64,000 bases of DNA, from positions 558,807 through 622,806 of the forward strand of contig CAWGUN010000013.1 of assembly GCA_963825935.1 (NCBI GenBank), read 5' to 3'. A program made the position numbers and the translations under genes. This document shows positions 57,432 through 64,000 of the stretch, in pieces (position 1 is the stretch's first letter; the number at the start of each line of letters is the position of its first letter). Source of the DNA: an uncultured Bacteroidales bacterium. GTDB taxonomy: Bacteria > Bacteroidota > Bacteroidia > Bacteroidales > VadinHA17. Under the pieces are notes generated by a model that saw nothing but the letters and a program-made list of their open reading frames with translations, did not search any database and was not told the origin of the DNA.

Positions 57432-59150
57432 ATGATAACTATTAAGCCTTTATCTTTTATGGCAGGAATCTGTTTTCAGATTATGTATATTACCAGCCTC
57501 AATGCACAGCAGCCGTCCGACAATAAACAAAATCCTTATGCTGTTCCGACATATGAGTGTACTAGTGTCTACTGGAAAATGGCGGATGCCGGTGCATGTA
57601 AAATTCGTTACCGTGAGATTAAATCCGGTACCTGGAAAGAGGGGCTCGACCTGGTTTACGATTCCCGTGATGGTGAGTACCGCGGAAGTATCATCAGCCT
57701 GAAGCCGGGCATAGATTATGAAGCGGAATTGACGGCTGTTGCTTCAAAATCAAGTGTTAAATTCAAGACAAGGAGTGATGTATTCCCTGTTGGCAAGACC
57801 ACCATTCTGCCTGAAGGTGAATCAGATAAAACAATCTTTATAACGGTATCGGGAACACCTGGCGCTTATCATCTCGTGACTATTCCTGACAAGTCAAAAT
57901 CTGTACTTAATCTTAAGAATGTTTCAGATTTTGGTATTGTAATAGACGCTGATTATGTAATTGTAAGAGGAGTTGAGATCAGGAATGCAGCCAGAGACGG
58001 TATCAGGATTAAAATGAACAGGCATGATATTGTTATTGAGCAATGTCATATTACATTCTGGGGAAGAATAGGAGGACCTCATACTTACGGAAACTTTGAT
58101 GGAGGATCCGACAGCGGGATTTACGGCGAGAGGGGAACCGGTAACCTGACGTTCCAGCGTAACCTGATTGAAGATCCCAGGGGCGCTTCGAACGACTGGG
58201 AAACAGGTCATCCAGATGGCCCGCAGGGTATAACAGTGATACAGAGCAGTGGCGGAAACGTGATCCGGTATAATGAGATTGTTTCAACTGAGGATCATGG
58301 ATACAATGACGGTATTGGCGGTTCGGACAATTTTTCATTCATCGGGAATATGAACAGGGACTCAGACATTTATGGTAATATAATCAGGAATGCATTTGAC
58401 GATGCAATTGAAAGTGAAGGAGGAAACAAAAACGTTAGGATCTGGGGGAACTATATACATCTGTTTTATAATGGAATAGCGAGTGCCTCAACTTCAACAG
58501 GTCCTCTTTATATTTTCAGGAATATTGCAGGAGAAAGCAGACAGGGCCACAGCAATCCGACAGGAGGTGCTTTCCTGAAAACAGGTGAGAGGAAGGAATT
58601 CGGTGGTGGAAGACGTTATGTTTTTCACAATACTGTTCTGCAACCACGCGGTGTAGTCGACGCATTTTCAAGTGCTGTGAATCCAAATTGTATTACCCGA
58701 AATAATATATTTGATGTTCCCGGGAGACTGGCTACCGATAATGAAAAGGAACCTGCAAGTGACTATGATTATGATTATTTCCCGGGAGACCCAAGAGGTA
58801 AGAGCGCAAAAGAAGAACATGCTGTTAAATTCGGTACAACGCCTGCTGGGACAAGATTATACATCTCTTCCTATAAGCTGGAATTCTATCTCCGCTCAAC
58901 CATAAACAGCATAAAATGGGGTGCATGGCCTTATGAATTCGGCGACAGGAAAGTAAACATTACTGATCCCGTATTCTGGATTAAAAATCCACTTATTGAT
59001 TCAGGTGCAAAAATCCCCGGATTCAATGATAACTACCTCGGTGCAGGACCCGATCTGGGAGCCTTTGAAGTTGGAGCTCCGCCACTCGAATTCGGAAGAC
59101 GCGCTTATCTTAAATACGATGAAGGCTGGTCACCATGGGAAATATACTGA
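57432..59150 (+). CDS. Secreted right-handed parallel beta-helix protein (pectate-lyase-fold; lyase or hydrolase of unknown specificity) with N-terminal Fn3-like domain
   Basis: 572 aa. Signal peptide and PbH1-type repeats (VRGVEIRNAARDGIRI, IRYNEIV, IYGNIIRNAFDDAIESEGG, VRIWGNYI). Confidence 0.65.
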   Translation: MITIKPLSFMAGICFQIMYITSLNAQQPSDNKQNPYAVPTYECTSVYWKMADAGACKIRYREIKSGTWKEGLDLVYDSRDGEYRGSIISLKPGIDYEAELTAVASKSSVKFKTRSDVFPVGKTTILPEGESDKTIFITVSGTPGAYHLVTIPDKSKSVLNLKNVSDFGIVIDADYVIVRGVEIRNAARDGIRIKMNRHDIVIEQCHITFWGRIGGPHTYGNFDGGSDSGIYGERGTGNLTFQRNLIEDPRGASNDWETGHPDGPQGITVIQSSGGNVIRYNEIVSTEDHGYNDGIGGSDNFSFIGNMNRDSDIYGNIIRNAFDDAIESEGGNKNVRIWGNYIHLFYNGIASASTSTGPLYIFRNIAGESRQGHSNPTGGAFLKTGERKEFGGGRRYVFHNTVLQPRGVVDAFSSAVNPNCITRNNIFDVPGRLATDNEKEPASDYDYDYFPGDPRGKSAKEEHAVKFGTTPAGTRLYISSYKLEFYLRSTINSIKWGAWPYEFGDRKVNITDPVFWIKNPLIDSGAKIPGFNDNYLGAGPDLGAFEVGAPPLEFGRRAYLKYDEGWSPWEIY

Positions 59151-59204
59151 TCCTGACTATTAGAGATACACAGGAATTCACTTAGTCACATTGAGAGCTA
59201 AGTA

Positions 59205-59879
59205 TCATACTTTTTGAAACATGTGTGCAATTTTCACTGCACCGGCAACCCGTTCTGCAAGTCCTTTCCAGTTCTTTTCCTGGACGATCTCTTTGGTTAT
59301 CAGGTTCGATCCGATACCGACGCAAAAGACTCCGGCTTCAAACCATTCTCTCAGGTTTTCGACGGTGGGTTCAACACCCCCGGTCGGCATAATGCTCGTC
59401 CACGGACATGGACCCTTAACCGCTTTAACAAAATCCGGTCCTCCTACTGAAGAGCCAGGAAATATCTTAACTATTTCAGCACCAAGTTCTTCTGCATAAT
59501 TTATTTCTGTAAGAGATCCGCATCCCGGCGACCATAGGATTTTTCTGCGGTTGCAGACTTTTGCCATATCCGCATTGAGGATAGGTGAAACTATGAAATT
59601 TGCTCCGAGCTGGATATAAAGGGATGCAGTTCCGGCATCGACCACTGAACCGGCACCCATCACCATACCGGGAATCTCTTTCTCTGCCCATTTATTAAGG
59701 TCGCTGAAAAGCTCATGTGCGTAATCCCCCCTGTTTGTAAACTCAAAAACTTTTATTCCGCCCTCAAAACAGGACTTAACCACATTCCTGCAGACTTCAG
59801 GATCTTTATGATAGAAAACCGGAATAATTCCCGATTCCCTGATTTTGAGAATTACATCTATTCGTGTGAACCGTGCCAT
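59205..59879 (-). CDS. eda: 2-dehydro-3-deoxyphosphogluconate (KDPG)/KHG aldolase
   Basis: 224 aa with IIPVFYH..GIKVFEFTNRG..GAGSV..VKIFPG. This matches the Bacteroidia-type Eda. Confidence 0.85.
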   Translation of the reverse strand: MARFTRIDVILKIRESGIIPVFYHKDPEVCRNVVKSCFEGGIKVFEFTNRGDYAHELFSDLNKWAEKEIPGMVMGAGSVVDAGTASLYIQLGANFIVSPILNADMAKVCNRRKILWSPGCGSLTEINYAEELGAEIVKIFPGSSVGGPDFVKAVKGPCPWTSIMPTGGVEPTVENLREWFEAGVFCVGIGSNLITKEIVQEKNWKGLAERVAGAVKIAHMFQKV

Positions 59880-59931
59880 AATTACTCTATTTTATACAAA
59901 TATATTTAAAATTGCAATTTTTACAAATGAT

Positions 59932-59998
59932 CAAGGACCTGCAAGACCTGCAAGACTTTTATCTTTTGTCTTTTATCTTTTGTCTTTTGTCTTTAATA
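59932..59998. repeat. Composite tandem array: ~3x GCAAGACCT (9-mer) then 5-6x TTTTRTC (7-mer)
   Basis: CAAGGACCT GCAAGACCT GCAAGAC then TTTTATC TTTTGTC TTTTATC TTTTGTC TTTTGTC TTTAATA. It lies in the divergent eda / spmAB-like spacer. Confidence 0.9.
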
Positions 59999-60025
59999 AT
60001 TATCTTCGTCACACAAAGTTCCATT

Positions 60026-61258
60026 ATGGCCTTAAACTATATCTGGATAGCATTCTTCCTTATAGGATTTATTGTTGCACTAGGGCAGCTTATCTTTGCA
60101 GGCAATACACAGATTTTCAACGATCTTGTCAATGCTGTGTTCACAAATGCAAAAACGGGATTTGAAATCTCCCTCGGTCTTACCGGTGCGTTGACCCTCT
60201 GGATGGGTCTCCTGAAAGTAGGTGAGAAAGGCGGTGTGGTTACTATTCTTGGGAGGGCTTTTGGTCCGCTTTTTCAAAAGCTATTTCCCGGCCTTCCGAA
60301 AGGGCACCCGGCATATGGATCAATAATGCTTAACCTCGCAGCAAACATGCTTGGGCTTGACAATGCTGCCACTCCAATGGGTCTTAAAGCAATGAAAGAG
60401 ATGCAGGAATCAAATCCGGATAAGGAAACAGCTTCAAATGCTCAGATTATGTTCCTTGTATTAAATGCTGCAGGACTGACAATAATACCTGTAAGTGTTA
60501 TAGTCTACAGGATTCAACTTGGAGCTGCAAATCCTGCCGATATTTTTATACCTATTCTTATATCAACATTTTGTGCATTGCTTACCGGACTTATAAGCGT
60601 GGCAATAATTCAGAAGATTAATCTTTTTGATAAGGTGGTAATTGCCTACCTGGGAGGACTTATATCCATCGTCGCAGGAATAATTATTCTTTTCAGCAAC
60701 ATGCCCAGGGAACAGATATCTGCTGCTTCGACATTCGCAGCTAATTTTATTCTTATTTCAATAATTGTGATATTTATCGTTCTTGCCCTTATTAAGAAAG
60801 TGAATGTATATGACGCATTTGTTGAAGGAGCAAAAGAGGGTTTTGGTATTGCAATAAAAATAATTCCTTTCCTTGTAGCTATCCTTGTGGCAATTGGTGT
60901 ATTCAGAGCATCGGGTGCAATGGACTTTATAATTGCCGGCATTGCTCAGTTTTTTACCTGGCTTGGAGTAGATACGAGATTTACGGGTGCTTTACCGGTG
61001 GCTTTCATGAAACCTCTGAGCGGCAGCGGAGCCCGGGGTCTGATGATCGATGCCATGACTACGCACGGAGCTGACTCTTTCGTTGGCCGCCTTGCCTGTA
61101 CCATGCAAGGAACTACCGACACTACCTTTTATATTATAGCCGTCTATTTCGGTTCAGTGGGTATTAAAAATACCAGGTATTCAGTGGGTTGCGGTTTACT
61201 TGCAGATCTGGCCGGATTTATTGCTGCTATATTTGTAGCTTACCTGTTCTTCGGATGA
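60026..61258 (+). CDS. Nucleoside-recognition (Gate) domain membrane protein, SpmA/SpmB-like fusion
   Basis: The track ORF starts at 59912 and reads through the tandem repeats. The ATG at 60026 gives MALNYIWIAFFLIGFIVALGQ, the typical N-terminus, for a 410-aa polytopic protein. Confidence 0.7.
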   Translation: MALNYIWIAFFLIGFIVALGQLIFAGNTQIFNDLVNAVFTNAKTGFEISLGLTGALTLWMGLLKVGEKGGVVTILGRAFGPLFQKLFPGLPKGHPAYGSIMLNLAANMLGLDNAATPMGLKAMKEMQESNPDKETASNAQIMFLVLNAAGLTIIPVSVIVYRIQLGAANPADIFIPILISTFCALLTGLISVAIIQKINLFDKVVIAYLGGLISIVAGIIILFSNMPREQISAASTFAANFILISIIVIFIVLALIKKVNVYDAFVEGAKEGFGIAIKIIPFLVAILVAIGVFRASGAMDFIIAGIAQFFTWLGVDTRFTGALPVAFMKPLSGSGARGLMIDAMTTHGADSFVGRLACTMQGTTDTTFYIIAVYFGSVGIKNTRYSVGCGLLADLAGFIAAIFVAYLFFG

Positions 61259-61297
61259 AGAAGGGAAAAGGAATTCATTGCACTTAACTTTTAATTT

Positions 61298-62629
61298 ATG
61301 AGTCTTGTTACAGTCGCTATTCTTGTTATAGTCAGCATAATTGCGATAATCATTCTTACATCTACTCTTAAGCTGAAGGCTTTTGTCGCTCTTTTTATTG
61401 TTTCAGTTTTTCTTGCCTTTACAACACTTCCGGCTGATACAGTAGTCAAGACCATCAAAGAGGGTTTTGGCGGCACTATGGCCTCGATAGGGTTTCTGAT
61501 AATCTTCGGGGCAATGATCGGTATCACACTCGATAAAACAGGTGCGACAATTAGTATTGCAAATTATATTTTATCAAAAACAGGTGAGAAGAGAACCACA
61601 CAGGCACTTGGCATTACTGGATTCATAACCGGTCTGCCGATTTTTTGTGATTCCGGTTATATAATATTAAGCGGACTGGCAAAATCGTTCAGCTCAAAAT
61701 CAAAAATTGTCATGCCCTTTATGGCGACAATCCTTGCTACCTCGCTTTACTCTGTACATTGTCTTATACCACCCCATCCAGGTGCATTGGCTGCAGCCGG
61801 TATCTTTGATGTTAATGTGGGCAATCTCATCATTATTGGGATATTATTTGCAATTCCGGGTGCACTGGCAGCATGGTTCTGGAGCAGATTTATGACACGA
61901 AAGCTGATTTATTCACCGGCTGAAGAGAATAAACCCGAAAACATCAGGAAGCTTGAGAATCTTCCTTCAGCCTTTCTTTCATTTCTGCCGATAGCTGTCC
62001 CCCTGTTACTGATTACTGTAAAATCATTAATTAACCTTTTTGATAAAGAAGGAATCAGTCTGCTTTTTAAAATTTTCCGTTTCCCCGGTGAGCCGGTTTT
62101 TGCACTTGCAATTGGTGTACTGCTGGCCCTTATGCTTCTCAGGGAAAAGTCAATTGATTCCATAAATTCTGTTTTTTCGGAAGCAATTGAAAAGGCCGGT
62201 CCGATTCTTATAGTTACTGCAGCAGGTGGCATGTTTGGAATGGTAATCAAAGCAACAGGGATCGGGGAAGCAACAGGGAAAATACTGGCAGACACCGGCG
62301 TAGGACTGCTGGCCCCTTTCCTTATTGCAGTTCTTATGAAAACCGCCCAGGGCTCCTCTACGGTCGCAATAATTACTACAGCATCATTTGTGGTTCCCAT
62401 GCTAAATATGCTCGGACTCGATTCAGAATGGGGCCGGATGCTAGCAATGCTCGCAATGGGCGCCGGTTCAATGATAGTATCTCATGCTAACGACTCGTAT
62501 TTCTGGGTCATTTCAAATTTTGCTGGACTGGATGTCAGAACTACATTAAGAGTTTATTCAACATCAACAATTGTTATGGGAATCACAGTTTTTGCATTTG
62601 TCTGGGTCTCTTCCCTGTTTCTTTTATAG
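61298..62629 (+). CDS. GntP-family (gluconate/glycerate-type) permease
   Basis: 443 aa and polytopic, with the GntP-like motifs GLPIFCDSGYIIL and AQGSSTVAIITT. Confidence 0.85.
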   Translation: MSLVTVAILVIVSIIAIIILTSTLKLKAFVALFIVSVFLAFTTLPADTVVKTIKEGFGGTMASIGFLIIFGAMIGITLDKTGATISIANYILSKTGEKRTTQALGITGFITGLPIFCDSGYIILSGLAKSFSSKSKIVMPFMATILATSLYSVHCLIPPHPGALAAAGIFDVNVGNLIIIGILFAIPGALAAWFWSRFMTRKLIYSPAEENKPENIRKLENLPSAFLSFLPIAVPLLLITVKSLINLFDKEGISLLFKIFRFPGEPVFALAIGVLLALMLLREKSIDSINSVFSEAIEKAGPILIVTAAGGMFGMVIKATGIGEATGKILADTGVGLLAPFLIAVLMKTAQGSSTVAIITTASFVVPMLNMLGLDSEWGRMLAMLAMGAGSMIVSHANDSYFWVISNFAGLDVRTTLRVYSTSTIVMGITVFAFVWVSSLFLL

Positions 62630-62677
62630 GTCAGTTACCCGAAGTAAAGTACCTTTGAATAAGATAATATAACCGGT

Positions 62678-63994
62678 ATGAACAACCGTGAGATTGCTGA
62701 GCATATTTTCCTTTCAGGAATAAAAGGTGTGCTTCCCGGAACACTGATAAGCAACCTGATTTCATTGAGAGGACAACTCCTGAAAATAGGTTACCTGACC
62801 TATGACCTTGAAAAAATCAGGAATATATATGTAATTGGTGCCGGCAAAGCCAGTGCCTCAATGGCCCATTATGTGGAAACGATTCTTGGTAACAGGATAA
62901 CCCGGGGGTACATTGTTACAAAGTATGGATATTTGTGCCGGCTAAAAAATATTATTGTGACGGAAGCAGGACATCCCGTCCCGGATATTAATAGCTTCCG
63001 CAGTACAGAAGAAATTCTGAAGATTGCTGAAACAGCAGGCGAAGGAGATCTGGTTATTTGCTTATGGTCAGGAGGGGGATCTTCACTTATGGCCGATTAC
63101 CCTGAAACATCGTCAACGGAGGAGGCAGCTTACCTTAATCATATCCTTGTGAATTCAGGAGCTGATATCACTGAAATGAATGTAATCAGGAAACATCTCT
63201 CTAAAGTAAAAGGTGGGCAGCTGGCAAGGAAAATCTTTCCTGCCACTCTTGTTACCATCTATTTATCTGATGTCATTGGCGATCCTCCGGATATTATTGC
63301 ATCGGGACCAACAGTTCCTGATAATTCGACTTTCGGAGAGGCACTGGCTATAATTGAAAAATATCGCCTGGCAGATCAGATTCCGGCAGGACTAAGGAGT
63401 TATCTGTACCAGGGTGCAGGAGGCTTACAGCCAGAAACACCAAAACCCGGTGATATTGTTTTCAAAAATTCAGGTACAATTATAGCAGGCAACATTAAAA
63501 CTGCCCTGCAGTCTGCAAAGGCTGAGGCTGATAAACTTGAGTTTGCAACTTTTATTGTAACATCTGAACTGAATGGAAATACTTCTGAGGCATGCTCGTT
63601 CATGACTGATACAATTCATAGCTACCGCAACAACAATTCTTTGAAGAGGCCAATTTGTTTATTATTCGGAGGAGAGACAACAGTTACGGTTACCGGAAGC
63701 GGTAGTGGGGGAAGGAACCAGCATTTGGCTCTTTCAATGGCTATACGTCTTCAAGAAATTCCCGGCATCACTTTTCTTTCAGCAGGTACTGACGGCAATG
63801 ATGGTACTACTGAAATGGCCGGGGCTATTGTTGATTCTGAAACTAAGCATCTTGCTCTGTCATTGAATGCTGATCCTGTAAGGTACCTGGAAGATTTTGA
63901 TTCGTATAATTTTTTCAGATCTGTAGGTGGTCAAATTTTTACGGGACCGACAATGACGAATGTAATGGATATGGCAGTGGTTATCATTGAGTGA
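62678..63994 (+). CDS. Glycerate 2-kinase / hydroxypyruvate-reductase-like (DUF4147 + MOFRL domains)
   Basis: 438 aa with VIGAGKASASMA..WSGGGSSL..KVKGG..GGETTVTVTGSGSGGRNQ..AGTDGNDG. Confidence 0.85.
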   Translation: MNNREIAEHIFLSGIKGVLPGTLISNLISLRGQLLKIGYLTYDLEKIRNIYVIGAGKASASMAHYVETILGNRITRGYIVTKYGYLCRLKNIIVTEAGHPVPDINSFRSTEEILKIAETAGEGDLVICLWSGGGSSLMADYPETSSTEEAAYLNHILVNSGADITEMNVIRKHLSKVKGGQLARKIFPATLVTIYLSDVIGDPPDIIASGPTVPDNSTFGEALAIIEKYRLADQIPAGLRSYLYQGAGGLQPETPKPGDIVFKNSGTIIAGNIKTALQSAKAEADKLEFATFIVTSELNGNTSEACSFMTDTIHSYRNNNSLKRPICLLFGGETTVTVTGSGSGGRNQHLALSMAIRLQEIPGITFLSAGTDGNDGTTEMAGAIVDSETKHLALSLNADPVRYLEDFDSYNFFRSVGGQIFTGPTMTNVMDMAVVIIE

Positions 63995-64000
63995 TTTGCA

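Noticed and set aside
59912-60025. Upstream extension of the SpmA/B-like ORF.
   Set aside because: It is a translation of the tandem repeats from a non-ATG start. The ATG at 60026 gives a normal membrane-protein N-terminus.

Overview
The window looks like a Bacteroidota (Bacteroidia-type) chromosomal segment. It is visibly AT-rich, has TAnnTTTG-type promoter boxes and carries a SusC-like receptor.

- **1-16.7 kb:** The 5' part of a SusC/RagA-like receptor runs off the window start on the minus strand and is missing from the ORF track. It is followed by the conserved core block rpsU-xerC-hpf, tRNA(Thr-Tyr-Gly-Thr)-tuf-tRNA(Trp), secE-nusG-rplK-rplA-rplJ-rplL-rpoB-rpoC-DUF3467.
- **16.8-27.5 kb:** Housekeeping and envelope genes. 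These are a lipoprotein, a DUF2520 protein, a frameshifted kdsC, a UbiA-family prenyltransferase, maf, an S46 peptidase of DPP11 type, a CBM9/DUF5916 barrel, a coiled-coil lipoprotein, an SRPBCC protein and pdxB.
- **27.5-42.5 kb:** An anaerobic redox/radical stretch.
  - A TAT-exported TIM-barrel enzyme.
  - A 1417-aa fusion of two BcrAD/BadFG-type activase domains with a dehydratase-like region, with a ferredoxin gene upstream.
  - An M28 peptidase and an orphan 7TMR-DISM histidine kinase.
  - A HypD-like glycyl radical enzyme with a short activase.
  - An NfeD/SPFH pair.
- **42.8-64 kb:** Carbohydrate and sugar-acid metabolism.
  - Malic enzyme, ROK kinase, an MFS transporter, GH3 and a GPH symporter.
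  - A TAT-exported Gfo/Idh/MocA oxidoreductase, a HEAT+2xDUF1080 protein, GH29 and a beta-helix protein.
  - Eda, a SpmA/B-like protein, a GntP-family permease and a glycerate kinase.

I found no CRISPR array, transposase, phage gene or recognisable defence system.

The items most worth a second look are:
- the uncharacterised activase-fusion plus ferredoxin module;
- the Sus-less oxidative glycan locus;
- the glycyl radical enzyme whose activase lacks the usual ferredoxin insert;
- three intergenic spacers built almost entirely of phased heptanucleotide tandem repeats;
- a C6/G6-run structured element at 41.0 kb;
- the kdsC frameshift.

All calls come from reading the sequence and ORF translations by eye. 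No searches were run.
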